Part shown: positions 40,601 through 49,441 of the stretch, one piece after another
How positions within the stretch are numbered: the stretch's first letter is position 1
Layout of the letters: every line of letters starts with the position of its first letter
NCBI GenBank assembly: GCA_938005475.1
Contig: CALLNY010000031.1
Location: 64,001-128,000, forward strand
Direction: 5' to 3'
Source: an uncultured Bacteroidia bacterium
Lineage (GTDB): Bacteria; Bacteroidota; Bacteroidia; J057; CALLMJ01
Length of the DNA stretch: 64,000 bases
The notes under the pieces: model-generated
The model's input: the letters and a program-made list of their open reading frames with translations, nothing else
What the model was told of the DNA's origin: nothing
Databases searched by the model: none
Made by a program: the position numbers and the translations under genes

Positions 40601-41635
40601 CTTCCAAATGTGGATATTGTTTTAACGAAGGATAAGACTAAATGGTCTCGCTGTGTTGTAATTGAGTCTTCACCAACAAAATCATTAGCGAATGCGGGTC
40701 AGGGAGGTTCTCATCCTATGACGGCGCGTTGGGCAATCTCTAAAGATATTAACGGGAATGAGGAGTCTTCAACATTGGATATCACGACACAAGGTATGTC
40801 TTGGTTTCCGGGTTATGCTATCAATGTTGAAACGGGTAAGCGATTAAATATTTTATTTGCGGAGGCATCATGGTATGCAAACCAGAATGGAGCAGATATG
40901 TTATTTAATCCAACGGCATCTCTCGGCTCCGATTTTAATGCAGTTGGTGGGCGTCATTATATTTATGTAAGTAACACGGAGTATGATGGATGTGCAACGT
41001 TAGCTCAAAGTTTAAGGGTGGGAACTTCCAATGTGGCAACTGGTGCAGATAATGGACATGTCTTTCCTAATGTACCTGGCGTTGGTTCTGTCTCGATTAG
41101 TAGTGCTCACAATACTTTTGCTTGGGTTACTATTGCTATGTTAAGTGATGCTAAATATGCGTTCAAGAAACCCGAAGATATGCCCTGTGATGTTACTATA
41201 AAATTAAGAGTCAATAAAAAATTCTCTAATGACAATCCAATTTATATTTTTGATACGAACAAGTTAGCGGCAAATTTGAATCAGACGGGAATAGCAAAAG
41301 ATGCATTAGAGACAATTCGTGTGGTTCCTAATCCTTATTATGGGCGTTCAGGAACGGGAAAATATCGTTATGAAAATTCCCAAATAGATTCTCGTGTCAA
41401 GATAACGAACTTGCCCCAAAAATGTACTATCAAGATATTTACTTTGAATGGTACTTTAGTAAGGACGTTCAAAAAAGACTCAGAGGTGCCCAATATTGAA
41501 TGGGATTTAAAGAATTCAAGTGGGGTGCCTGTGGCAAGTGGTGTTTATATAATCCATGTAGATGCAGGAGAGTTAGGTCAGAAGGTTGTTAAGTTCTTTG
41601 GTATAATGCCTGAGGTAGATTTAACTGCATATTAA
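37679..41635 (+). CDS. large secreted protein (1318 aa) with T9SS-type C-terminal sorting domain
   Basis: Signal peptide. 4-nt gap from the upstream gene. C-terminus ...IRVVPNPYYG...ASGVYIIHVDAGELGQKVVKFFGIMPEV resembles a type-A CTD with insertions. No other domain recognised by eye. Confidence 0.5.
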   Translation: MAQKVKKQLIWICLMWLGLSIQAKENVPGGPRKTGGVAKTAAGCVPSSASAQLDINNVRTLLHNGGDMWWDLVGNPRYEVPKGSGKHSAFAASLWIGGYDQAGQLRVAAQTYRQSGNDFYPGPLKVSPGQNYGPASTDDAICKQWDRMYKITRAEINQFRADFASGTVDFSKYPTIKEWPAMNNDPDFETYLAPFVDFNNNAIYDPETGGDYPKVDGDQAIWWVINDKGNIHTESGGEQIGLEIQVLAFAFVASNQLNDMTFYKQKVINRSTNTIFNTYIGQWVDADLGNYSDDYVGCDTIRGLGYIYNGDNNDETAQGYGTVIPSFGVDFFQGPLADPNDGIDNDKDGIVDEPGERIGMAKFVYYDNDFTPYGNPSSPNHFYQYLTGFWKDGSPMTADGQRGRSPESSATPRTDYIFPGWPGGPCAAPSGWTEKSAGNPPFDRRFLMSAGPFTLTPGAVNEIVVGAVWAPGSPNDEVASLCKLLKADDIAQALFDNDFQVLNGPDAPDLVINEYDRELLLTWDYSKIGSISNNYFENYSEKDPVLASSVLPPGKSPFFKFQGYIVYQLIDSTVSASELTNTDKARIVLQCDIEDSISTIVNRTSELVAGLSDPVIVDQIMVQGANKGIVRSVRVTEDLFAEGTDKRLVNYRPYYYTIIAYAYNDTSADGRKFVPGNGNFKRYKGTAHKVEFEKFGTRLNSQYGDAPEVTRIQGNGTGNRFLDLKDEVRNNILTGSVNNLVYQSGFAPFDIKVVNPKEVQAKEYMLRLTVDSLVEDRGATQVRADWVLYAKSNNAWQEIYKSTYVYDVATGISNPAPLNGVEKVVNGHGISIAVKNPLDPGNWQTDRTNGFIGASIEYSDPSKPWLSGLEDYETNTIDQWNWILCGNAHKTSGNPNVTEDYGAEGAQAPMQFYRDYKAYDPNEVYEKILDRTWAPYIMTRSYNINTGVVGPRISYGSSTNNNEAFIGDAVTLDKLPNVDIVLTKDKTKWSRCVVIESSPTKSLANAGQGGSHPMTARWAISKDINGNEESSTLDITTQGMSWFPGYAINVETGKRLNILFAEASWYANQNGADMLFNPTASLGSDFNAVGGRHYIYVSNTEYDGCATLAQSLRVGTSNVATGADNGHVFPNVPGVGSVSISSAHNTFAWVTIAMLSDAKYAFKKPEDMPCDVTIKLRVNKKFSNDNPIYIFDTNKLAANLNQTGIAKDALETIRVVPNPYYGRSGTGKYRYENSQIDSRVKITNLPQKCTIKIFTLNGTLVRTFKKDSEVPNIEWDLKNSSGVPVASGVYIIHVDAGELGQKVVKFFGIMPEVDLTAY

Positions 41636-41649
41636 ACGAAGCACAAGCA

Positions 41650-42717
41650 ATGAAAAATATAGCAATAATTATTTTGGGGGTGATATTAAGTTCTCCGTTT
41701 TTAAAAGCTGGTAATCCCGAAAGGGCGGGTCAGGCGGGAGCAACGCAATTACTGATAAATCCATGGGCTCGTAACACGGGCGTACATGGTATCAATACGG
41801 CTAATGCTTATGGGATTGAGTCTGTGATTAATAATCCTGCTGGATTAGCAAAAACTAAGAGAACAGAACTCATATTTTCTCATACTAGGTATTTGGTTGG
41901 ATCTGACATCAATTTAAACACATTTGGTATATCTCAAGGTCTTAAAAAGGGGGGAGTACTTGGTTTATCGGTTGTTTCCTTTGATTTGGGGGAATTTGAG
42001 CGAACTACTATAGATCAGCCGGATGGTACTTTAGGTACTTTTAGGCCTACTTTCTTAAATATAGGTATATCATATGCAAAAACTTTCGTAGAGGATAGGA
42101 TTTATGTAGGTTTTACTACAAGACTTATACATGAGTCTATAACAGATGTTTCTGCGAATGGTGTTGCATTTGATGCGGGAGTGCAATATACTGATAAGGA
42201 TGGTAAATTTAGAATAGGTGTTGCATTAAAGAATGTGGGTCCTGAAATGCGATACTCGGGGGATGGTTTAACGCAAAGAGCTAATTTAGGGGGTCCTAAT
42301 AGCAGATTTACAAGTAATGTTTCTACGATAGCATCTAAATTTGAGTTACCTACTCAACTCAATATCGGGGCTTCGTATGAATGGAGTTTGGGTGGGGATT
42401 CTGTTTCAACTATTCATACAATTTTACCAATGATAAATTTTACTGCGAATGCATACGCAAGAGATCAAATTGGTGCGGGTGCGGAGTATCGTTTTAAGAA
42501 ATATTTTATGTTTAGAGCGGCATATGTGTGGGAAAAAGGAATAACTAATCCAGAGGAGAGAATAAATGTCTATACAGGTATTGCTTTTGGTGCTACGGTT
42601 GAAATTCCGTTCAAATCGGGGGATGGGCGTTATTCTTCTTTTGGATTGGATTATAGTTATAGAACAACAAATCCTTTTCAAGGTACACATTCTATTGGTT
42701 GTAGAGTAAATTTATAG
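41650..42717 (+). CDS. T9SS-associated outer-membrane beta-barrel protein (PorV/PorQ or PorP/SprF-like)
   Basis: Signal peptide, ...NAYGIESVINNPAGLA... (the NPA motif region seen in PorP/SprF and PorV families), beta-barrel-like alternation and aromatic C-terminus. 14-nt gap after the CTD protein. Confidence 0.45.
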   Translation: MKNIAIIILGVILSSPFLKAGNPERAGQAGATQLLINPWARNTGVHGINTANAYGIESVINNPAGLAKTKRTELIFSHTRYLVGSDINLNTFGISQGLKKGGVLGLSVVSFDLGEFERTTIDQPDGTLGTFRPTFLNIGISYAKTFVEDRIYVGFTTRLIHESITDVSANGVAFDAGVQYTDKDGKFRIGVALKNVGPEMRYSGDGLTQRANLGGPNSRFTSNVSTIASKFELPTQLNIGASYEWSLGGDSVSTIHTILPMINFTANAYARDQIGAGAEYRFKKYFMFRAAYVWEKGITNPEERINVYTGIAFGATVEIPFKSGDGRYSSFGLDYSYRTTNPFQGTHSIGCRVNL

Positions 42718-42726
42718 TTTATAGTT

Positions 42727-43200
42727 ATGTCAGAGATATATTACTTAACGAAGGAAGGGTACGATAAATTGGTTCAGGAATTACATGATTTAAAAACAAA
42801 AGAACGAGCAAAGATTGCTGCGGCAATAGCGGAAGCAAGAGAAAAAGGGGACCTTAGCGAAAATGCTGAATACGATGCGGCAAAAGAAGCTCAAGGTCTC
42901 CTTGAGCTTAAAATTTCTAAATTGGAAGAGATGTTAATCAATTCCAGAATACTTTCAGATGATGAAATTGATACATCGAAAGTTTATATTTTAAGTACTG
43001 TGAAATTAAAGAACCTCTCCCAAAATGATATTTTTACCTATACTTTAGTTTCACAAAGAGAAGCTAATATAAAAGAAGGAAAAATTTCTGTTGAATCACC
43101 GATTGGTAAAGCTTTATTAGGGAAATCGGTTGGGGATATTGTAGAAATAAAGGCTCCTGTTGGTATTTTAAAATTTGAAATATTAGAAATTACAAGATAA
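42727..43200 (+). CDS. greA: transcription elongation factor GreA
   Basis: ...GYDKLVQELHDLKTKERAKIAAAIAEAREKGDLSENAEYDAAKEAQ... is the canonical GreA coiled-coil. Confidence 0.9.
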   Translation: MSEIYYLTKEGYDKLVQELHDLKTKERAKIAAAIAEAREKGDLSENAEYDAAKEAQGLLELKISKLEEMLINSRILSDDEIDTSKVYILSTVKLKNLSQNDIFTYTLVSQREANIKEGKISVESPIGKALLGKSVGDIVEIKAPVGILKFEILEITR

Positions 43201-43201
43201 A

Positions 43202-43600
43202 ATGGCAACTATATTTTCTAAAATTATTTCAGGTGAAATTCCTTGCTATAAAATTGCAGAAACTAATGATTATCTTGCTTTTCTTGATATCAATCCCGTT
43301 AAAAAAGGTCATGTTTTGGTAATTCCAAAGAGAGAAATAGATTATTACTTTGATTTGGATGATGAGCTTTTTATTGGCTTGAATCTATTTACTAAATTAG
43401 TTGCTGATGCTATTAAAAAAGCTATTCCGTGTAAAAAAGTTGGAGTTGCCGTTGTTGGACTGGAAGTTCCACATGCTCATGTTCATTTAATACCTATTGA
43501 TTCGGTCAATGATATTTATTTTTCTGGTCCTAGATTAAGTATTGCTCCAGAAGAATTAGATATTATTGCACAAAAAATAAGAGAAAAGTTGCAAGTCTAA
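43202..43600 (+). CDS. HIT-family (histidine triad) protein
   Basis: ...VPHAHVHLIP... HxHxHxx motif. 132 aa. Confidence 0.85.
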   Translation: MATIFSKIISGEIPCYKIAETNDYLAFLDINPVKKGHVLVIPKREIDYYFDLDDELFIGLNLFTKLVADAIKKAIPCKKVGVAVVGLEVPHAHVHLIPIDSVNDIYFSGPRLSIAPEELDIIAQKIREKLQV

Positions 43601-43611
43601 TAAATATATTG

Positions 43612-43619
43612 TAATTTTG
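43612..43619 (+). promoter_or_regulatory. -7 element TAATTTTG upstream of rpmG
   Basis: Exact TAnnTTTG match 22 nt upstream of the ATG at 43642. Same octamer as upstream of rpsP. Confidence 0.45.
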
Positions 43620-43641
43620 CGTTTCTAAAAAAGTATTAGCA

Positions 43642-43827
43642 ATGGCTAAAAGTAAAGGAAATCGTATTCAAGTTATTTTGGAATGCACGGAGCATAAAGC
43701 GAGTGGATTACCAGGTACTTCAAGATATTATACAGAAAAAAATAAAAAAAATACTCCGGGTAGATTGGAACTAAAAAAGTATAATCCAATTTTGAAAAAA
43801 ATGACTATTCACCGCGAAACAAAATAA
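43642..43827 (+). CDS. rpmG: 50S ribosomal protein L33
   Basis: [61 protein letters not shown]. 61 aa, L33 signature. Confidence 0.9.
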   Translation: MAKSKGNRIQVILECTEHKASGLPGTSRYYTEKNKKNTPGRLELKKYNPILKKMTIHRETK

Positions 43828-43842
43828 AATTTATAATGAGTT

Positions 43843-44013
43843 ATGGCAAAGAAAGTTGTAGCAACGTTAAAATCAAAAGAGAAAGCAGTAGCGATGACTA
43901 AAATAATTTCTGCTTATAGAAAAGCTAAAACAGGGTCTTATGCATTCAAAGAAGAAATTGTATTAGCGGAGGATGCTCCCAAAATAATACAGGAGCGCCT
44001 AAAAAATTTATAG
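43843..44013 (+). CDS. DUF4295-family small protein (56 aa), not in the ORF track
   Basis: ATG at 43843 gives MAKKVVATLKSKEKAVAMTKIISAYRKAKTGSYAFKEEIVLAEDAPKIIQERLKNL*. This small basic protein typically follows rpmB/rpmG in Bacteroidota. Confidence 0.6.
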   Translation: MAKKVVATLKSKEKAVAMTKIISAYRKAKTGSYAFKEEIVLAEDAPKIIQERLKNL

Positions 44014-44023
44014 TATTTTAATC

Positions 44024-44046
44024 GGCTGCAATTGCAGCCTTTTTCT
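44024..44046 (+). terminator. rho-independent terminator after the rpmG/DUF4295 unit
   Basis: GGCTGC-AATT-GCAGCC stem-loop followed by TTTTTCT. The TTG ORF-track start of aroA at 44032 sits inside it. Confidence 0.55.
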
Positions 44047-45300
44047 ATGATTGATATCTTACTTCCTTTCTCTAAAAGTGAAATCAATCGTTTATTTATA
44101 TTAGCATTTCAAGCAAAGCGCCCTTTTGTAATATCTAATTTTTCTTTTTGTGATGATACAAAAGTAATATATGATTTTTACAATCAGTTACAGGTAGATT
44201 TGAAATTAGTGGATAATGATTTGATTGTAGATGCAAGTAATGTCAAATTTACTGATACGAATCTTGTAAATGTTTATCAGGCGGGTACAGCTTTTAGATT
44301 TTTAATATCTTTATGTTCTACGCTACCTTATCATTTTCGGTTTATTGGACATGAAGCTTTATCCAAAAGACCTATTTCTTCCTTAACAGAAACTTTATCT
44401 CAATTAGGTATCATTTATTGTTTTGAAAATCCCAATCAATCTTTACCGCTAACTTTTCGGGGTAAGCATATCATAAATTCTCAATTAGAGTTTGATAAAG
44501 CTATACTTTCTTCTCAATTCATTTCCTCTATATTATTGTTAGCACCTTCTTTACCGCTAAATTTTAATTTGAAATTTAGGAATACCATTATATCGGATTC
44601 TTATGTTAACTTAACTTTAAGAATGCTAGAAAAGCTAGGTATATTATGGGTTTATAACCGAGATAATCAGACATTTACATTACAAAATAATACATTTACA
44701 AGTTATCAATATTTTGTTTCAGCAGATTGGACGAATGCATCTTATTTTATTGCATTATCTGCTTTATTAAGGGTGCCTATAAGGTTACCTAATCTTACTA
44801 TTTTATCCTATCAGCCCGATGTAGGGCAGTTATCACTATGGATAGAATTGGGAGTTCAGTTTTGTTTTGATAATGAAATAGATTTGGTAGTAAATCCATC
44901 CAATTTTGAAATGCGAGAGTGGGATTGGGATTTTTCTTCTATTCCTGATTTATTTCAAACTTTTGCGGTTTTAACTGCTTATCATAAGGGCATTTATCGT
45001 TTTGTGGGATTACAATCTTTGCAATATAAGGAAACTCATAGACTTATGGCTGTAAAAAATGAACTTCAAAAGATAGGTATTGAGGTTTCTTTTGATGAAT
45101 ACAAGGGAGAGTGCATTATTCGTAATGATGTAAATAGATATCCTGAAAATGTTGTATTTAAAACTTACAATGACCATAGAATGGCTATGGCGTTTTCTTT
45201 ATTAAAGCCTTTAATTACGCATATAGAATTTGATAATCAAGATGTTGTAAATAAATCATTTCCTAATTTTTGGTGCGAATATTCTCGTTTATTGGCTTGA
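44047..45300 (+). CDS. aroA: 3-phosphoshikimate 1-carboxyvinyltransferase (EPSP synthase), divergent
   Basis: MIDILLPFSKSEINRLFILAF... (AroA LPGSKSxSNR-like start) and C-terminal ...DHRMAMAFSLL.... The ORF-track TTG start at 44032 was moved to the ATG at 44047. Confidence 0.65.
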   Translation: MIDILLPFSKSEINRLFILAFQAKRPFVISNFSFCDDTKVIYDFYNQLQVDLKLVDNDLIVDASNVKFTDTNLVNVYQAGTAFRFLISLCSTLPYHFRFIGHEALSKRPISSLTETLSQLGIIYCFENPNQSLPLTFRGKHIINSQLEFDKAILSSQFISSILLLAPSLPLNFNLKFRNTIISDSYVNLTLRMLEKLGILWVYNRDNQTFTLQNNTFTSYQYFVSADWTNASYFIALSALLRVPIRLPNLTILSYQPDVGQLSLWIELGVQFCFDNEIDLVVNPSNFEMREWDWDFSSIPDLFQTFAVLTAYHKGIYRFVGLQSLQYKETHRLMAVKNELQKIGIEVSFDEYKGECIIRNDVNRYPENVVFKTYNDHRMAMAFSLLKPLITHIEFDNQDVVNKSFPNFWCEYSRLLA

Positions 45301-45366
45301 TAATCCAACAGATTTGATTTTTTTGCTATTTTTTAATAACATAATTTGTTGTTATGAAAAAATCAT

Positions 45367-45374
45367 TATTTTTG
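45367..45374 (+). promoter_or_regulatory. -7 element TATTTTTG upstream of acpP
   Basis: Exact TAnnTTTG match 30 nt upstream of the ATG at 45405. Confidence 0.4.
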
Positions 45375-45404
45375 CAAACTAGTTTAATTTTAAATAGGTA
45401 AGAT

Positions 45405-45644
45405 ATGGCAAGTATTTTAGAAAGAGTACAATCCATTATTGTAGATAAGTTAGGTGTAGAAGCGAGGGAGGTTACTCCAGAAGCAAGTTTTGCAAATGAT
45501 TTAGGTGCTGATTCTCTTGATACGGTTGAGTTGATAATGGAATTTGAGAAAGAATTTAAGATTACTATTCCAGACCAAGATGCTCAAAAAATTTCCACGG
45601 TGGGTGATGTTATCAAATATCTAGAAGCGAGAGTTAGTAATTAA
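45405..45644 (+). CDS. acpP: acyl carrier protein
   Basis: ...[17 protein letters not shown]... phosphopantetheine attachment site. 79 aa. Confidence 0.95.
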   Translation: MASILERVQSIIVDKLGVEAREVTPEASFANDLGADSLDTVELIMEFEKEFKITIPDQDAQKISTVGDVIKYLEARVSN

Positions 45645-45645
45645 A

Positions 45646-46908
45646 ATGAAGTTTCAACGAAGAGTAGTTGTAACTGGAATAGGTGCAGTAACTCCTGTTG
45701 GTATTGGTATAAACTCGTACTGGAATGGGTTGATTTCTGGTACGAGTGGAGCCGATATGATTACACGTTTTGATGCTTCAAAATTTAGAACACGTTTTGC
45801 TTGCGAAGTCAAAAATTTTGATGTACAGAACTATTTGGATAAAAAAGAAGCAAGGCGTATGGATCTTTTTTGTCATTTTGGTATTGCAGCCGCTACGGAA
45901 GCAGTTTGCGATGCTGGATTAGATAAATTGGCATCCATTTCGACCATTGATCCCTTTAGAGTAGGTGTTGTGATGGGTTCAGGAATTGGGGGTCTTGAGA
46001 CTTTTATTAAGGAAGTAGGGGATTTTGCAAGAGGAGATGGTACTCCAAGATTTAATCCTTTCTTTATTCCCAAAATGATTATAGACATATTGCCAGGTCA
46101 TATATCCATGCGGTATGGGTTTAGAGGGCCTAATTATTCTTGTGTATCTGCATGTGCAACATCCTCTAATTGCATAGCCGATGGTTTTTTGTTAATTCAG
46201 AGTGGGCTGGCAGATATTGTTATTACAGGAGGTGCAGAAGCCGCTATCAATGCAGCAGGAGTGGGAGGTTTTAATGCTATGCATGCGTTGTCTGAAAGAA
46301 ATGATGATCCTAAAACAGCAAGTCGTCCTTTTGATAAGGATAGAGATGGTTTTGTGTTAGGAGAAGGTGCAGGTTGTATTGTGTTGGAATCTTATGAGAG
46401 TGCGGTTGTTCGAGGTGCTAAAATGTATGCAGAACTGTTAAGTATTGGATTGACTGCGGATGCTCATCATTTAACCGAGCCTGACCCCGATGCTAAGGGA
46501 GTTATTGCGGTTATGAAAAATGCTTTACTTTCAGCAGGATGTAATCCAAGCGATATTGACCACATCAACGTTCATGGAACTTCTACCCCAAAAGGAGATA
46601 TAGCCGAAACAAAGGCAATTAAATTTGTTTTTGGTGACCATGCTCCCAAAATATCAATTTGTTCTACCAAATCCATGACGGGGCATTTATTGGGAGCCGC
46701 AGGTGTAATTGAGGCAATTGCTACCGTTTTAACCGTAAAAAATGATTTAGTCCCACCTACTATTAATCACTTCACCGATGACCCAGAATGCGATTTAGAT
46801 TATACCTTCGGAAACCCTAAATCTAGGACAGTAAATTATGCTATTTCTAATACTTTTGGTTTCGGTGGGCATAACTCTTCTCTCTTATTTAAAAAAATAG
46901 ATTTATAG
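45646..46908 (+). CDS. fabF: 3-oxoacyl-ACP synthase II
   Basis: RRVVVTGIGAVTPVG... and the active-site C (CATSSNC), H...H (NVHGTSTP, GHLLGAAG) pattern. 420 aa. Confidence 0.9.
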   Translation: MKFQRRVVVTGIGAVTPVGIGINSYWNGLISGTSGADMITRFDASKFRTRFACEVKNFDVQNYLDKKEARRMDLFCHFGIAAATEAVCDAGLDKLASISTIDPFRVGVVMGSGIGGLETFIKEVGDFARGDGTPRFNPFFIPKMIIDILPGHISMRYGFRGPNYSCVSACATSSNCIADGFLLIQSGLADIVITGGAEAAINAAGVGGFNAMHALSERNDDPKTASRPFDKDRDGFVLGEGAGCIVLESYESAVVRGAKMYAELLSIGLTADAHHLTEPDPDAKGVIAVMKNALLSAGCNPSDIDHINVHGTSTPKGDIAETKAIKFVFGDHAPKISICSTKSMTGHLLGAAGVIEAIATVLTVKNDLVPPTINHFTDDPECDLDYTFGNPKSRTVNYAISNTFGFGGHNSSLLFKKIDL

Positions 46909-46910
46909 TT

Positions 46911-47663
46911 TTGAAAATATTTTATCCCATAAAAGTATTTTTAGCTTATTATAATTTCTTTTTTCATCATGAAAAAGATTTTATAAAGAAAATAAAACTG
47001 TTAACTGGGATTATGCCACATGACTATAAACTTTATAAACAAGCATTTAGTCATAGTTCTGTTGTTAAGAATACAAAGAATAATGCACAGGAGTGTAATG
47101 AAAGATTAGAATACCTCGGTGATTCAGTTCTTGGAATGGTTATTGCTGAATATCTATTTAAGAAGTACCCCAATAAAGATGAAGGTTTTTTGACAGAAAT
47201 GCGTTCTAAGATAGTTAGTAGAAATAGTCTAAATGAAATTGCATTGAAGTTAGGTTTTGATGGCATGATGTTTTTTGATTATAAAATTATTGCTAATCCT
47301 AATCCTTCAATTTACGGTAACGCGTTAGAAGCTTTTATTGGGGCATTATTTTTGGATAGAGGATTTATATATACAAAAAATTTTATTTATAAAACCATTA
47401 TCCACGGGCATTTGGACATCTCTGAATTAGAAAAGACGGATAATAATTACAAAAGTAAACTTCTTGAGTATGTTCAAAAGAAAAAAATATCATCAATTTC
47501 GTATGAAGTACTTCAAGAAGAAAATAGAGGGAGTCATCGTGTTTATACGGTTGGTGTGAAAATAGGGAATAAACTATTAGCGCAAGCAACTGATGTAAAA
47601 AAGAAAAATGCTGAACAAAAAGCTTCTGAAATTGCATTGGAAATTCTTCAACAACAATATTAG
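46911..47663 (+). CDS. rnc: ribonuclease III
   Basis: ...ERLEYLGDSVLG... RNase III signature and a C-terminal dsRBD. The N-terminal 20 aa are atypical, so the start is uncertain. Confidence 0.8.
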   Translation: MKIFYPIKVFLAYYNFFFHHEKDFIKKIKLLTGIMPHDYKLYKQAFSHSSVVKNTKNNAQECNERLEYLGDSVLGMVIAEYLFKKYPNKDEGFLTEMRSKIVSRNSLNEIALKLGFDGMMFFDYKIIANPNPSIYGNALEAFIGALFLDRGFIYTKNFIYKTIIHGHLDISELEKTDNNYKSKLLEYVQKKKISSISYEVLQEENRGSHRVYTVGVKIGNKLLAQATDVKKKNAEQKASEIALEILQQQY

Positions 47664-47665
47664 TT

Positions 47666-48532
47666 ATGTATTCTGTTAGAAATTTTTATTTTCGAATTCC
47701 TTTAAGGTTGTTACCTGAGAATGATATTGATGTTTTTAGTTTTTTCCCATCCAAGAATTTGATTTTATGGAATAAGACCCCTGATACTTTATCAATAGGT
47801 TTTCAAATGGATTGGGTATCTTGGCAGAAATCATTATTTGAGTTTTTGACAAAATTTTTTCAGCCTAAGCTTTTTCAGGTGATTACCTATGTTGCTCCTA
47901 TACGAAGAGAGCCTTGCCATACTTCTGAAATGATTTCTCAACTACTTAGAGGAGAAACTTTTACTGTTTTTTTTGTGCAGGAAGATTTTGCTTTTGGTTG
48001 TGGGGAAGATGGTTATTTTGGTTATGTATCTATTCATCAAATTGAACGTTTTGAAAAAGAGTATTATCGTATTTTTGGATGGCATCGTGAATATCCATTA
48101 GGATCAAAAGTTCTAGAAAAACCCATGAGTTTCAATTATAATCAATTGATAATGGATTTATTAGAGTCTCCATATTTATGGGGAGGTCGTTCAAATTGGG
48201 GAATAGACTGCTCTGGACTTACTCAAATATTTATGCTTGCTCGGAATATTTTCTTACCAAGGGATGCCTATCAGCAAGCGGATTTTGGCGAAACTATACC
48301 ATATAGAAAACATAAGAAGGGCGATTTAGCTTTCTTTGGTGATTCTATTGATAGTATTACACACGTTGGTTATATATTGGATAGACATATTATTTTCCAC
48401 GCTTATGGTGAAGTAAGAATTGATAAACTTAAATCAGGTGGTATTTTTCATAATGGTTATCATAAAATTACTCACAAATTGCTTGTTATTAAAAGGTATT
48501 CTGACTCTTTTGATTTTAGGAAATGCTTGTAA
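47666..48532 (+). CDS. NlpC/P60 (C40) family peptidase
   Basis: ...WGGRSNWGIDCSGLTQ... catalytic Cys motif with downstream His (...ITHVGYIL...). Confidence 0.75.
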   Translation: MYSVRNFYFRIPLRLLPENDIDVFSFFPSKNLILWNKTPDTLSIGFQMDWVSWQKSLFEFLTKFFQPKLFQVITYVAPIRREPCHTSEMISQLLRGETFTVFFVQEDFAFGCGEDGYFGYVSIHQIERFEKEYYRIFGWHREYPLGSKVLEKPMSFNYNQLIMDLLESPYLWGGRSNWGIDCSGLTQIFMLARNIFLPRDAYQQADFGETIPYRKHKKGDLAFFGDSIDSITHVGYILDRHIIFHAYGEVRIDKLKSGGIFHNGYHKITHKLLVIKRYSDSFDFRKCL

Positions 48533-49355
48533 CCCTGCACTGGAAAAAAATAATATCCCTATAAGTTTTTCTTTTCGTTTGGATAATGATTTTGATTATG
48601 ATTTGTTTATTCGTGATGTTTACTATTTAAAGCAATTAGGAGTTCACCATTTTTCTGTTGAGTTAATTTTAAAAAATGATAGTAATAATACGCCTTATTT
48701 AGAAAATATACAATCGCTTAATGCAGTTCTTTACAAACTCGATTCTTTGAATTTTTATGTTCATTTAATAATTTCAAAATGGAATGCTAGGTCTATTCTA
48801 GTTTCGGATACACTGTTAGAAAAATGGAATTTGCTTTATCAACAGTTACTGGATACTTTTATACTTCAATTGCAACCATTTAAGATAGTTAGTTTGGTTT
48901 ATGGTGTTGATTTTGAGAACATTGAAAAGAGAAAAGAACTTTATTCTGATTGGTTATTTAAAATACAAAGTAAGGTTTCCTATCCTATTTTTTACAGTTC
49001 TTCTTTGTTTCATACGATAGATTGCCAATTACATGAATATTCAGATTTTATCGGAATTTTTTACGAACAAGCCTTTGATGATAGATATAAAAAATTGGCT
49101 CGAGAGTTACACCCAAAAATTTCACAAAAGTTTAAAAATAAGAAAATTATAATTACTCATGCAAATATACAAGGAAAAGATGCCAAGTTGCAATTTCAAA
49201 ATTTACTGCGTTTTTGGGTTGAAGATAATATCCAACTAATAAACATAAATTCTATTTATAATCAAAGTGTTATGAGTAGGAATAGCGTATATTTTAGTCT
49301 AAAGGAAGCTCAATCTTTTAAGGAATATTTATCCGACTATCTGACATATCATTAA
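48453..49355 (+). CDS. hypothetical secreted/lipoprotein-like protein
   Basis: Starts in a different frame inside the NlpC/P60 tail (MVIIKLLTNCLLLKGILTLLILGNAC...). No ATG occurs after 48532, so an 80-nt overlap is required, or a frameshift/fusion is present. Confidence 0.4.
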   Translation: MVIIKLLTNCLLLKGILTLLILGNACNPALEKNNIPISFSFRLDNDFDYDLFIRDVYYLKQLGVHHFSVELILKNDSNNTPYLENIQSLNAVLYKLDSLNFYVHLIISKWNARSILVSDTLLEKWNLLYQQLLDTFILQLQPFKIVSLVYGVDFENIEKRKELYSDWLFKIQSKVSYPIFYSSSLFHTIDCQLHEYSDFIGIFYEQAFDDRYKKLARELHPKISQKFKNKKIIITHANIQGKDAKLQFQNLLRFWVEDNIQLININSIYNQSVMSRNSVYFSLKEAQSFKEYLSDYLTYH

Positions 49356-49441
49356 AAATTTTTATTTTCTGCAATAAATTTTTTACACAATTTATTTTTG
49401 TAAAATGAAGTTTTATAATTTGCAAGCTAATAATTGAATAT

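Noticed and set aside
44032-44046. ORF-track start of aroA at 44032 (MQPFSMIDILL...)
   Set aside because: The codon is TTG and lies inside the terminator stem-loop of the upstream unit. The ATG at 44047 gives a canonical AroA N-terminus.
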